A stretch of DNA of 51,145 nt from Gemmatimonadales bacterium (GTDB lineage: Bacteria > Gemmatimonadota > Gemmatimonadetes > Gemmatimonadales > GWC2-71-9). Where the stretch lies: the NCBI GenBank assembly GCA_041613315.1, contig JBFJHJ010000023.1, positions 1 through 51,145 on the forward strand, given 5' to 3'. The stretch's first letter is position 1. Each line of letters starts with the position of its first letter. This document shows, piece by piece, positions 1 through 9,193 of this stretch. The notes beneath the pieces were generated by a model. The model was given only the letters and a program-made list of their open reading frames with translations, was not told where the DNA came from and made no database searches. The position numbers and the translations under genes are program-made.

Positions 1-141
1 CGTCACCACCGCGCTCCGCGCCGAGCTCACGCTCTGGCGCCGCAGCGCCTCCCCGATCCGCGGGAAGCCCCAACCCGCAATCGCCCCGATCAAGACGATC
101 ACGATCACCAACTCGATCAACGACAATCCACGCTGGTTCAT
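1..141 (-). CDS. Prepilin-type minor pilin (FimT/GspH-like), 5' part; runs off the window edge
   Basis: Translated by hand: MNQRG|LSLIELVIVIVLIGAIAGWGFPRIGEALRRQSVSSARSAVVT. Class III signal with G|, E5 and P22. Confidence 0.85.
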   Translation of the reverse strand, partial: MNQRGLSLIELVIVIVLIGAIAGWGFPRIGEALRRQSVSSARSAVVT

Positions 142-168
142 AGAGGGCTCCATTCGGTGTCCTTCATC

Positions 169-184
169 ACCAAGAAGCGTGCCC
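169..184 (-). promoter_or_regulatory. Putative sigma54 (-24/-12) promoter for the minor pilin gene, with a non-canonical -12
   Basis: Minus strand GGGCACGCTTCTTGGT versus consensus TGGCACG-N4-TTGC. GG-N10 spacing is correct but -12 reads GG instead of GC. Lies about 28 nt upstream of the ATG. Confidence 0.5.
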
Positions 185-275
185 GGGGATAACCGACGGG
201 GGGGCAGGGACTTCTGAGTTGGACGATGGGGCTGGAGTGCAGGATGCTGCACCTGCAACCGCACAAACCTGCGGC

Positions 276-1634
276 TCAGAAACCGAGCTGCTTCAGCTTG
301 TAGAACAGGGTCCGGGGGCTGATCCCGAGGATCTTGGCGGCGTCCTGCCGGTTCCCGCCGGCCGCTTCGAGTGCCCGCTGGATCGCATGACGCTCGGCGT
401 CGGCCACCGCGTCCTTGAGCGTGGTCAACTCGTCGCCGCCGCCGGCCGGCTCGCCCCCCGCCGCCCGCACCGGCGACGCGACGCCGGCGTCTCGCACCGC
501 GTCCTCGCGGATCACGCCGTCGGCCGAGAGCACGGCCGCCCGCTCCAGGGCGTTCTCCAGCTCGCGCACGTTGCCGCGCCAGGCGTTGCGCCGGATCGCC
601 GCCATCGCGTCGCCCGTGACGGTGAGCTCCCGCCCCAGCCGCTTCGCCGCCCGGGCGACGAGGCGCGCCACGAGGCTGTCCAGGTCCTCCGGGCGCTCGC
701 GCAACGGAGGGATGTGTATGCGCACCACGTTCAACCGATAGAACAGGTCCTCGCGGAACCGCCCCTCGGTCACGTCGGCCTCGAGGTTCCGGGCGGTGGC
801 GGCGAGCAGCCGGACATCCACCTTCCGGGCGTGCGCCTCGCCGACGCGGCGGACCTCGCTCTCCTGGAGCACCCGGAGGAGCTTGACCTGCAGCTCCACC
901 GGCAGCTCGCCCACTTCGTCGAGCAACAGCGTCCCGCCGTCGGCCTCCTCGAACAGCCCCGGCTTGTCGGCGGTGGCGCCGGTGAACGCGCCCCGCTTGT
1001 GCCCGAACAGCTCCGACTCCAGCAGGTTGGCCGGGATCGCGCCGCAGTTGACCGCGATGAACGGCGCGGTGCGCCGCGGGCTCATCCGGTGCACCGCCCG
1101 GGCCACGACCTCCTTGCCCGTCCCGCTCTCCCCCGTGATCAGGACCGTCGTCGCGTGTGGGGCGACCCGGCTCGCGAGGTCCATCACCTTGCGCATCGCC
1201 GACGAGTCGGCCACCACCTCCACGTCCCGCACTCGGGCCAGCTCGGCCTCGAGGCTCGCCACGCGGCCCCGAAGCTGCTCGCGCTCCTCGGCCTTGCGGA
1301 GCGTGAGGAGGACCTCGTCGGAACGGAACGGTTTGGGGAGGTAGTCGTACGCGCCGTCCTTCATGGCGGCGATGGCCGCGTCCTCGCCTCCGTAGGCGCT
1401 CATCATGATCACGAGCGCCTCGCCTCCCTCTTTCTGGTAGCGGCGCAGGAACTCGATGCCGTCCATGCCGGGCATGCGGACGTCACACAGCAGGATCTCG
1501 AACGGCTCCCGCAGAGCCCGGTCGAGCGCCTTGCCGGGCTCCCCCTCCGCCGCGATCTCGTACCCCTCGGCGTCGAGCAGCATCGAGAGCGATTTCCGGA
1601 GGCCCGGGTCGTCGTCAACGATCAGGATGCGCAT
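276..1634 (-). CDS. Sigma54-dependent response regulator (NtrC/AtoC family enhancer-binding protein)
   Basis: Receiver (ILIVDDD, CDVRMP, KPF), AAA+ Walker [15 protein letters not shown], Walker [17 protein letters not shown], Fis-type HTH. Confidence 0.95.
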   Translation of the reverse strand: MRILIVDDDPGLRKSLSMLLDAEGYEIAAEGEPGKALDRALREPFEILLCDVRMPGMDGIEFLRRYQKEGGEALVIMMSAYGGEDAAIAAMKDGAYDYLPKPFRSDEVLLTLRKAEEREQLRGRVASLEAELARVRDVEVVADSSAMRKVMDLASRVAPHATTVLITGESGTGKEVVARAVHRMSPRRTAPFIAVNCGAIPANLLESELFGHKRGAFTGATADKPGLFEEADGGTLLLDEVGELPVELQVKLLRVLQESEVRRVGEAHARKVDVRLLAATARNLEADVTEGRFREDLFYRLNVVRIHIPPLRERPEDLDSLVARLVARAAKRLGRELTVTGDAMAAIRRNAWRGNVRELENALERAAVLSADGVIREDAVRDAGVASPVRAAGGEPAGGGDELTTLKDAVADAERHAIQRALEAAGGNRQDAAKILGISPRTLFYKLKQLGF

Positions 1635-1659
1635 CGCCGCTCACTCCGCTCCCGCCGTC

Positions 1660-2817
1660 TCATTCCGCCTCCGGCAGGAAGATCTTGAACGCCGCCCCCC
1701 CCTCGCGTGCATCGTCCACCCAGACGAGGCCGCCCAGCTCGTACACGATCCGCTGGACGATCGCGAGGCCGAGCCCGGTGCCGCGGCCGGGCTCCTTCGT
1801 CGTGTAGAACGGGTCGAAGATCCGCTCCCGGTCCGGCTGGCGCACGCCGGGTCCGGAGTCGGCCACGAACAGGAGGACACCGCGCGTGCCTTCCGCCAAC
1901 TCGGGCCGCCACGGCCGGGTGGGCGAAAGGCGATCGGGCACGTCCCCCGGCTTGGGATCGGTCCGGCGGCGCTCCCCCTCCGAGCGCTCGCGGTAACGCC
2001 AGCGGGCGGCGCCCGCCCCGACGCGACCGCCCTGCGCCGCGTCCACCGCGTTGAGCAGGAGATTGACCACGACCTGCTCCAGGAGGTGGGCCCGGCCCCG
2101 CACCGTCGGCAAACCCTCCTCGATCGACACGACGACGTCTACGCCCTTGAGGTTCCCCTGGCGGCTCAGCAACTCGTGCACGTTGCGGATCACGCTCCCC
2201 ACGTCCACGGCGCCAACGTCGTCGTCGCGCGGCCGGGCGTACGCGAGGAGACCCCGGACGATCCGGTCGATGCGGGCCGTCTCGTCGCCGATCGCCACCA
2301 ACACCTCGGGATCGGTCCCCCGCTGGCGCAGCACGTCCACGTAGGTCCCGATCGCGGAGAGCGGGTTCCCCACCTCGTGGGCGATGCCGGCCGCCAGATG
2401 ACCGATGCTCGCCATCTTCTCCGCCCGCACGAGCTGTCCCTGGGCGTCCAGCAGCCGCTCCGTCATCCGGTTGAAACGGTCCGCGAGCTGCGTGAACTCC
2501 TCGGTCTCGGCCGGCGGCGCCCGCCGGTGGAGGTTGCCCGCGGCCAGCTCGTCCGCCACGTCGGTGAGCGCGCCCATCGGCTTGAGCACGAGCCGTTCCA
2601 CCAGATACCGCCCGAAGAGAAAGAGCACCAGGAGGTCGCCCACGATGAGCGCGGTGAGCACGACCACGGCGTAGCGCGGCTGGAGCAGTTGGGCAACGAG
2701 CGCGGTGGCCACCGCGAGCGAGAGCGCGGCGGCCGTGAGGAGCGCGAGGTTGAACAGGAGCTCCCGCTTGAGGCTGGGCCGCCGGACGTTGGCGGACGGA
2801 GCGGACGGTCCGGACAC
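1660..2817 (-). CDS. Two-component sensor histidine kinase (2 TM, HAMP, HisKA, HATPase)
   Basis: AHEVGNPL H-box, NLLLNA N-box, DSGPG, FDPFYTTK, GTGLGL. Start uncertain (GTG 2817 or TTG 2838). Confidence 0.92.
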   Translation of the reverse strand: MSGPSAPSANVRRPSLKRELLFNLALLTAAALSLAVATALVAQLLQPRYAVVVLTALIVGDLLVLFLFGRYLVERLVLKPMGALTDVADELAAGNLHRRAPPAETEEFTQLADRFNRMTERLLDAQGQLVRAEKMASIGHLAAGIAHEVGNPLSAIGTYVDVLRQRGTDPEVLVAIGDETARIDRIVRGLLAYARPRDDDVGAVDVGSVIRNVHELLSRQGNLKGVDVVVSIEEGLPTVRGRAHLLEQVVVNLLLNAVDAAQGGRVGAGAARWRYRERSEGERRRTDPKPGDVPDRLSPTRPWRPELAEGTRGVLLFVADSGPGVRQPDRERIFDPFYTTKEPGRGTGLGLAIVQRIVYELGGLVWVDDAREGGAAFKIFLPEAE

Positions 2818-2834
2818 CCTCCAAGATGCGTACG

Positions 2835-2865
2835 ACAAGGGGCGGCGGGAAACCCCCGCCGCCCC
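2835..2865 (-). terminator. Putative intrinsic terminator after the third pilin
   Basis: Stem GGGGCGGCGGG (2839-2849) / CCCGCCGCCCC (2855-2865), followed by TTGT on the minus strand. Confidence 0.6.
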
Positions 2866-2892
2866 TGAAGGCCGGCCCCGGGCCCTGCCACC

Positions 2893-3300
2893 TTACTGAC
2901 AGGCGATCTCGCCCTCCGTCGTGGCGGGCGGCGGCGCCGCCGCCATCCCGTAAAACAGCGCGCAGGTCCGGGCCGAGCCCGTGTGGTTGGCCGTCGCCCC
3001 CCAGCCGGCACCGGTCACACCCGAGAGCACGATCGACACGCCTCGGGTCGGCACGAACCTGAGCGCCGCATCCGGAATCGCGCCGTCGTAGTAGGTGTCG
3101 TTGTCGTAGAAGTACGATTCCTGGAAGCTGGCCAGGTTGCGCAGGTCGCTCTTCATCGCCGCTTCGTTCGCCCGGTCCTTGCTGTTGGCGAACTTGGGGA
3201 TGAGAATCGCGAGGATGATCCCCATAATGACGACAACGACGAGCAGTTCGACCAGGGTGAATCCCCGTCGCGACAGCGTCATCGGCTTTCGTCGGTCCAT
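2893..3300 (-). CDS. Type IV pilin (copy 3)
   Basis: SRRG|FTLVELLVVVVIMGII...PKF, AMKSDLRNL, C-terminal Cys pair, GGGAG RBS upstream of ATG 3300. Confidence 0.93.
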   Translation of the reverse strand: MDRRKPMTLSRRGFTLVELLVVVVIMGIILAILIPKFANSKDRANEAAMKSDLRNLASFQESYFYDNDTYYDGAIPDAALRFVPTRGVSIVLSGVTGAGWGATANHTGSARTCALFYGMAAAPPPATTEGEIACQ

Positions 3301-3328
3301 GGCGTCGCTCCCCCCTGGCCCGCGTCGG

Positions 3329-3760
3329 CTAGTTGCAGGCGATTATGCCCTCGATCGTCGCCGGCGCCACCGGCGGCTGGCTCAGTCCGTAGAATACGGC
3401 GCACGTGTGCGCCGTCCCGCCATGCTTCGCCTTCCCCCCCCACCCCGTCCCGCTCACGTCCTGCAGCGTGATCGACACCCCAGGCGACTCGACGACCAGC
3501 TGGGTGATGTCGTTCGAGTACGTGGTCCAGATGGTCACGTACGCCTCCTGCGCCGTCACCAGGTTACGCAGGTCGGACTTCATCGTCGCCAGGTACGACT
3601 TCTCCTTGGTGTTCGCGAACTTCGGGATGGCGATCGTCGCGAGAATCCCGAGGATCACGAGCACGATGAGAAGCTCGATCAGCGTAAAGCCGGTCCGCGC
3701 CGTCCGCGCGCTCCCCCACCTCCACCAGGCGGGCCCGACCCTCCATGCGCACATACCCAT
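3329..3760 (-). CDS. Type IV pilin (copy 2); start codon uncertain
   Basis: RTG|FTLIELLIVLVILGILATIAIPKF, MKSDLRNLVTAQEAY, C-terminal Cys pair. In-frame ATGs at 3760 and 3754. Confidence 0.88.
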   Translation of the reverse strand: MGMCAWRVGPAWWRWGSARTARTGFTLIELLIVLVILGILATIAIPKFANTKEKSYLATMKSDLRNLVTAQEAYVTIWTTYSNDITQLVVESPGVSITLQDVSGTGWGGKAKHGGTAHTCAVFYGLSQPPVAPATIEGIIACN

Positions 3761-3769
3761 ATTTGTACG

Positions 3770-3807
3770 CAAATGGGGCGGTGGGCAACCGCGCCGCACC
3801 GCCCCAT
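3770..3807 (-). terminator. Putative terminator/attenuator hairpin after the major pilin
   Basis: 11-bp stem ATGGGGCGGTG (3773-3783) / CACCGCCCCAT (3797-3807) with a short T run on the minus strand, about 24 nt after the stop of copy 1. Confidence 0.65.
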
Positions 3808-3830
3808 CTCCCAGAAGGCCCAGGTGAGCC

Positions 3831-4244
3831 TTACTTACACTTCGGCTCGCCTTCGTTCGCCGTCGCGTCGATCGGGTTGACCTGGGGGTTACCGGCGGCG
3901 TCCACGCCGACGGCGATACCGCAAGCCTGCGGGCTCCCCGTGTGGGTCACCTGCGCCGTCCAGCCGAGACCAGCGGCCGGCGTGATCGCCAGACCACCGA
4001 CGCCCGAGCTCGTCGCATACAGATACGGCGCGCCCGTCATGTTCGCCACGTCGGCGTACAGGTTCTTGTCGGCGAAGTACGCCTCCTCAGCCGTCACGAG
4101 GTTGCGCAGGTCCGACTTCATCGCCGCGACGTACGCCTTCTCCTTCGTGTTCGCGAACTTCGGAATCGCGATGGCGGCCAGAATGCCGATGATCACCACC
4201 ACGATCAGAAGCTCGATCAGGGTAAAACCCTTGCGGTCCAGCAT
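3831..4244 (-). CDS. pilA: Type IV major pilin (copy 1)
   Basis: MLDRKG|FTLIELLIVVVIIGILAAIAIPKF, GGAGG RBS, first gene downstream of a consensus sigma54 promoter, 131-aa mature protein with C102/C130. Confidence 0.93.
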   Translation of the reverse strand: MLDRKGFTLIELLIVVVIIGILAAIAIPKFANTKEKAYVAAMKSDLRNLVTAEEAYFADKNLYADVANMTGAPYLYATSSGVGGLAITPAAGLGWTAQVTHTGSPQACGIAVGVDAAGNPQVNPIDATANEGEPKCK

Positions 4245-4327
4245 GTGTCTCCCTCCAGCAGTTGATCGAGTCCGACCAATTCGATGCGCCGCACACCACG
4301 CGCGGAGCGTCACCGGTCACCTGTAGT

Positions 4328-4344
4328 GGCAACCTCCGTGCCAA
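4328..4344 (-). promoter_or_regulatory. Sigma54 (-24/-12) promoter of pilA
   Basis: Minus strand TTGGCACGGAGGTTGCC, an exact match to TGGCACG-N4-TTGC. Confidence 0.88.
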
Positions 4345-4359
4345 CGTGGGGCAAGCTGC

Positions 4360-4434
4360 CATAACAGCTTGTTGAACAACTACTTACACCGTATTGCACG
4401 GTGTGAATCGGCCCCACTCCTGCAGGATCGTGCC
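4360..4434. promoter_or_regulatory. AT-rich IHF-like sites and candidate upstream activator sequences of the pilA promoter
   Basis: AACAACTACTTA (+) and AACAAGCTGTTA (-) resemble WATCAA-N4-TTR. Palindrome ACACCGT-N5-ACGGTGT at 4386-4404. TGCAGGATCGTGCC at 4421-4434. Confidence 0.5.
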
Positions 4435-4578
4435 CTCAAACTGCAAGGCCTCCCGAAAGTCGCAAGACGCAAGGGCCTGGCACGAAACGGCACAATACTG
4501 TCGTCATGATGACGCTATATGGCGACACTTCGAGTGCCCAATCGGGTGATCCATGACGCGGTCCGCATGCGTCACCGA

Positions 4579-6633
4579 TCACATCGGCGGGCGGTCGTCG
4601 GTCCGTTCAACGGCACCTCGTGTGCCGGTCCCAGGCCCGTCGGTGACTCGTTGGAGCGTGGGCAACGCATCGGGCTCTCCCCGGGGTGGCGCGAACCGCC
4701 AGATCTCCCACCCTGGGTAGTGCGCGAGCAGCTGGTCATCCCGCTCATAGAGATCACGCGCGAACACGATCCCCCTGTCCCGTCCCGGCGCATTGCGCCA
4801 GGCGAGGTGGCCGTAGAGCGTGAATCCCGCCAGGTCGCGCGCGAGCTCCCGGGCGCACTCCGCTGGCAGGTCCTCCCGGGGACGGAGGCGGAGCGTGCGG
4901 TCGGGCCAGCGCGGCACGCGCCGCGTCGCCTCCGGCGTCGCGGCCAGCATCCGCTCCACCTCGCCGGCCAGGCGCTCCGCCGGCCAGCGGCCGGCCCTGG
5001 CGTCTCGCTCCAGGAGCTCGAGGTCGCACGCGTCCAGGCGGCGGTAGGCCCGTTCGGCGAGCGCCGGCCGCACGCCGCCGCTCCACAGCCCGACCACGAG
5101 GCGGCTCCCCCAGCTCTCCGGCACGAGCACCAACGCCTGCTGGACGCCCCGCCTGGCCAGGTCCCGGTCGGGCCGGAGGCGGAGGGTGGGAAACCGGTCG
5201 CGATACTCCGCCACACGGTTGGGCAACACGCCAACCGCCCCCCATATGACGACGGCCAGTGCGCCGGCCGCGAGTGCCGCGTCCCCTCGGATCAGTCGGG
5301 CCGGCGGGCGGCGCGCCTGGTGGCGCAGCCATTCCCACACCTGCGCGGTCCCCAGCACCAGCATGGGCGCGGCCACGTAGTAGAACCGCGGCCCGGGATA
5401 GAACCCCGAGTGCCAGTAGAAGAAATAGAGCGCCGGCGCGGCGAGAATGCCCACGGCCACCACGAGGTCGCTCGCCCGCCGCTGCCGCCCCAGGAGCGCC
5501 CACGCCGCCAGCGGCAGCAGAGCCGGGATGGGCCACTCATAGAGGTAGATATGGAGTCGGCGGACGGCGACCGCCGCGTTGCTGAGCGCGACGAGCGGCG
5601 TGTATCGCTCGCCCCAGGGATCGGCATGGAACCCCAGGGTCTGTTGCTCGCCGAACAACACCGAGTATCCGAGCGTCGCGGGATCGCCGTACAACCTCCA
5701 GTTCACGTATCCCCACGCGAGCGCCACCGGAACGGCGCCCAGCGCGAGCCACGGCACCGCGCGCCAGCGGCGCCGGACGATGATCCACGCGAGGATGGGG
5801 AGGGAGGCGGCGACCGCGTCCAGCGGCCGCGTGGCGGCGACGCCCGCGAGCGCGGTTCCCGCGAGGAGGTCGTGCCACCACGCGCGGCGGGTGGGTCCCC
5901 ACACGAGGGCCCACGCCGCGAGCGCCAACGTCGCGGCCCCCACGTGGCTCAGATAGGTCGCGGACATGAACATGACCCACGCCGACAACGCCCAGAGTAC
6001 GGCCGCGGTGACCCCGGTCCGTCGCCCGTAGAGCCCGCGGCCCACCAGGTAGATGAGCACCGCGCCGAGCCCGCCGAGCAGTGGATTGACGAGCCATTCC
6101 GCGTGCACCAGCAACCCCACGGCGAGCAGCGCGGTCTGGCCCGGCGGATACTGCGAGACCCACCCCGCCTGCGTTACCCACGTATTCGCGATCAGGAATG
6201 CCTCGAGCGGCTGAGGCGCGGGGGCGGCGAGCCGCCCGGCGGCGAACGCCCGGGCGTGGACCAGGTGCGCCATCTCGTCCACCAGCACCGGATTACCGGC
6301 GAACACCGCGTGCACCACGTACGTGGACAGGGCGATCGTGACGGCGGCGGCCGTGCCGACGACGGCCGGTACGGGGAGGCGCGGCAGGCGCGGGATCACG
6401 CGTGGCGCATGGGCGAGCAACCGGCCAGCCACGACGGCGAAGGCGACCACCGTCACGAGCCCGATGGCCCACGAGACGAGGTTGGGCACCCAGGGGGGAC
6501 CGGCGTCCGCCGCCCCACTCCAGCGCGTGAGCGGCAGGAACGGCAGGGCCACCAATGCCACTCCGATCCCGACCCAGAGCCCCCGGGCGACGCGTGCGGT
6601 GGCCGTGGGCGCCCGCCCCCGGGGCGACGTCAC
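4579..6633 (-). CDS. GT-C fold membrane glycosyltransferase (ArnT/PMT_2/GT39-like)
   Basis: Multi-TM protein with LVDEMAH acidic motif in the first external loop, SQYPPG, TRPLD and GPRFYY. GTG start overlaps the upstream TGA (GTGA). The track ORF upstream of 6633 is read-through. Confidence 0.75.
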   Translation of the reverse strand: MTSPRGRAPTATARVARGLWVGIGVALVALPFLPLTRWSGAADAGPPWVPNLVSWAIGLVTVVAFAVVAGRLLAHAPRVIPRLPRLPVPAVVGTAAAVTIALSTYVVHAVFAGNPVLVDEMAHLVHARAFAAGRLAAPAPQPLEAFLIANTWVTQAGWVSQYPPGQTALLAVGLLVHAEWLVNPLLGGLGAVLIYLVGRGLYGRRTGVTAAVLWALSAWVMFMSATYLSHVGAATLALAAWALVWGPTRRAWWHDLLAGTALAGVAATRPLDAVAASLPILAWIIVRRRWRAVPWLALGAVPVALAWGYVNWRLYGDPATLGYSVLFGEQQTLGFHADPWGERYTPLVALSNAAVAVRRLHIYLYEWPIPALLPLAAWALLGRQRRASDLVVAVGILAAPALYFFYWHSGFYPGPRFYYVAAPMLVLGTAQVWEWLRHQARRPPARLIRGDAALAAGALAVVIWGAVGVLPNRVAEYRDRFPTLRLRPDRDLARRGVQQALVLVPESWGSRLVVGLWSGGVRPALAERAYRRLDACDLELLERDARAGRWPAERLAGEVERMLAATPEATRRVPRWPDRTLRLRPREDLPAECARELARDLAGFTLYGHLAWRNAPGRDRGIVFARDLYERDDQLLAHYPGWEIWRFAPPRGEPDALPTLQRVTDGPGTGTRGAVERTDDRPPM

Positions 6634-8465
6634 GGTCCGCACCCCGCCGCCCGCGCGCGCTGACGCACCTCGAGGAGCCCGGGCGCGAGCGGCTGTCGTT
6701 CCTCCACCTCGCGGAGTCGCCGTCTGGCTTCCGCGCAGGCTCCGGCATCCACCGCCGCCGCCGCGGTCGCGAGGCGATACTGCCACGCGCGCGGGAAGCG
6801 CCAGGCGAGCTGCCGGAACCAGCCCAGCGCCTCGCGTGGCCGGCCCCGGGCTTGTGCCAGGTCCGCCATGACCGCGAGGACGGCCGGATGGTCCGGTGCG
6901 GCGCGGTGCACGCGAGCCGCAGCGGTCACGGCGCTGTCCAGCTGGCCGGCCCGCACGAGGTCGGCCACCGCGCGAGCGCCGGCGACGACCTGTGTCGAGT
7001 CCACCCGGAAGGCGGCGGCGTGGGCGGTGGCGGCCTCCCCCCAGCGTTGCTGGATCTCGAGCTGTCGCCCGAGGTCGAGCCACGGACCAGGATGCAGCGG
7101 ATACGTGGCGATCGCCCGGCGCAGCAGCGCCTCGCCGCGGGTGGAATCGCCCGCCGCATACGTGATCCACCCGGCCACCCAGAAGCTTCGGAACGAACCG
7201 GGCGCGTCGCGCACGAGTTGGGGCATCAAGGTCGCGTTGTCGCGCCACACGGGTACCCGCGTCATGGTGCGCGCGAGTCCCAAACCGACGACGAGCGCGG
7301 CGACGGCAGCCGCCGGCACCGGGCGACCCACCGCCAGCACCTGCCACAGCCCGGCAAGGACGACGACCGCGCCCACCGATGGCAGATACAACGTCCGTTC
7401 CGCGAGTAGCACCTCGCTCGGGACCAAGATGTTGGAGACGATCAGCAGGCTCCCGCCCACCCACGCGAGGCCGAACGTGACCGCGGGGATGCGCCGGCGG
7501 GCGGCCACGGCGGCGGCGACGAGCGCGAGCAGCACGGCGAGCCCGGCGACACCCCGGAGCGTGAGGTGATCGCTCACCGGCAGGAAGTTGGGCGAGTAGT
7601 CCGCCGAGAGGCGGACGGGCACGAGGAGGAGCCGTAGGTACTCGAGGATCACGGGCGCCATCACCACCATGCGCTCGCCGAGGCCGGCCCCGACCAGCCC
7701 CGGGGCGATCCCTCCGCCGGAGAGCCGCCCCACGACGCTCACCCACACCCAGAGCCATTCCGCGGTGAGCGCGACCGACGCGGTCCAGAGCACCCAGTGC
7801 CGTCGGAGCGCCGTCTCCACCAGCTCGCCACGCCGCCGGGCCGACCACCAGTCGTCGAGCAGCAACAGTCCGGGAAGGACGAAGGCCGTCTCCTTGGACG
7901 CCAGTGCGAGAACGAGACAGCCAAGCATCCCCAACGCGCTGGCCCCCCGCCGCCACCCGGTCGCCCCTGCCGCCGCCAAGATTCCATCGGCACGGTAGAG
8001 GAGCACGGCGCCGATCGCGAACACGCCGGCCAGCAGCTCGGCCCGGCCGACGACGTTCGCCACCGCCTCCACGTGCACGGGGTGAACGGCGAAGAGCGCG
8101 CCCGCCACCACACCGCCCGCCGTCCCCAACATCCCGCGGACGAGCACGAACACGAGGGCCGTCGCGACGGCGTGCAGTACGACGTTCACGCCGTGGAACA
8201 GCCACGGCTGCCCGCCGCTCACGGTCCAGTCGAGCGCCAGGGTGAGGGCGGCGAGCGGGCGATACACGGCGTCGTGCCACCAGGTTGAGCGGAGGATCTC
8301 CCGCCAGTTGGCGAGATCGTGGAGTGGGGGATTGTTGACCACGATCGCCAGGTCGTCGTAAGCGAAGCCGTGGCGGAAGGTCGCGGCGTAGGCGGCAACG
8401 GCGATGAGCACGCACGCCGCGAGCGCGAGACGATCGCGGCCGGGGGGCACGGCCGGCGGACTCAC
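6630..8465 (-). CDS. TMTC-like protein O-mannosyltransferase-family protein (GT-C + DUF1736 + TPR)
   Basis: [57 protein letters not shown](R)DN, then TPR-like helical repeats. GTGA overlap with the upstream gene. Confidence 0.85.
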   Translation of the reverse strand: MSPPAVPPGRDRLALAACVLIAVAAYAATFRHGFAYDDLAIVVNNPPLHDLANWREILRSTWWHDAVYRPLAALTLALDWTVSGGQPWLFHGVNVVLHAVATALVFVLVRGMLGTAGGVVAGALFAVHPVHVEAVANVVGRAELLAGVFAIGAVLLYRADGILAAAGATGWRRGASALGMLGCLVLALASKETAFVLPGLLLLDDWWSARRRGELVETALRRHWVLWTASVALTAEWLWVWVSVVGRLSGGGIAPGLVGAGLGERMVVMAPVILEYLRLLLVPVRLSADYSPNFLPVSDHLTLRGVAGLAVLLALVAAAVAARRRIPAVTFGLAWVGGSLLIVSNILVPSEVLLAERTLYLPSVGAVVVLAGLWQVLAVGRPVPAAAVAALVVGLGLARTMTRVPVWRDNATLMPQLVRDAPGSFRSFWVAGWITYAAGDSTRGEALLRRAIATYPLHPGPWLDLGRQLEIQQRWGEAATAHAAAFRVDSTQVVAGARAVADLVRAGQLDSAVTAAARVHRAAPDHPAVLAVMADLAQARGRPREALGWFRQLAWRFPRAWQYRLATAAAAVDAGACAEARRRLREVEERQPLAPGLLEVRQRARAAGCGP

Positions 8466-9193
8466 CCGCGTCGGCGGTGTCGGGAAAAGAGGTTGAACCG
8501 CAGCACGTGCCACAGCGCCGCCACGCCGTCCCGCCAGCCGATCTTTTTCCCCTCGGCGTACGTGCGGCCGCTGTAGCTGATCGGCACCTCCCAGATGCGG
8601 GCGCCGGCCTTCGCGAGCCGGGCCGTGAGCTCGATCTCGAAGCCGAACCGGTTGGAGACGAGGGGAAGCGACTTGATCAGCTCCGCCCGCACCATCTTGT
8701 AGCACGTCTCCACGTCGGTGAGGTTGAGGTCGGTGAACATGTTGGAGATGAGGGTGAGAAAGCGGTTTCCCAACGAGTGCCAGAAGTAGAGCACGCGGCG
8801 CGGGCCGCTCTGAAACCGGGAGCCGTACACGGCGTCGGCGCGTCCATGGAGGATCGGCTCCAGCAGGTGCGGCAGCTCGCGTGGGTCGTACTCGAGATCG
8901 GCGTCCTGCACCACGATCACGTCGCCCGTCGCGGCTTCGAATCCGCGCCGCAACGCCGCCCCTTTGCCCCGGTTTCCCGGCTGATGGATCACCTGCTGAA
9001 TCAACCCCTCCCGGGCGAGCCGATCGAGGATCTCCCCGGAGCGGTCGGCGGACCCGTCGTTCACCGCGATCACCTCGATATCGAGCGGGACCTCGAGCAG
9101 GCGGCGGACGGCCGCCTCCACCGCCGCCTCCTCGTTGTACACGGGCATCACGATGCTGAGGCGGACCTGGTTCCAGCTGGCGGGCGAGCTCAC
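8462..9193 (-). CDS. GT2 glycosyltransferase, DPM1/polyprenol-phosphate glycosyl synthase-like
   Basis: [46 protein letters not shown]. Confidence 0.92.
   Translation of the reverse strand: MSSPASWNQVRLSIVMPVYNEEAAVEAAVRRLLEVPLDIEVIAVNDGSADRSGEILDRLAREGLIQQVIHQPGNRGKGAALRRGFEAATGDVIVVQDADLEYDPRELPHLLEPILHGRADAVYGSRFQSGPRRVLYFWHSLGNRFLTLISNMFTDLNLTDVETCYKMVRAELIKSLPLVSNRFGFEIELTARLAKAGARIWEVPISYSGRTYAEGKKIGWRDGVAALWHVLRFNLFSRHRRRG

Noticed and set aside
4477..4493. TGGCACGAAACGGCAC as a plus-strand sigma54 promoter
   Set aside because: GG-to-GC spacing is 9 rather than 10, and no credible plus-strand gene follows. It may instead be part of the enhancer region.
6634..8415. Apparent 1278-aa fusion ORF 4579-8415
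   Set aside because: The N-terminal 594 codons are off-frame read-through over the TMTC-like gene. The real start is the GTGA-coupled GTG at 6633.
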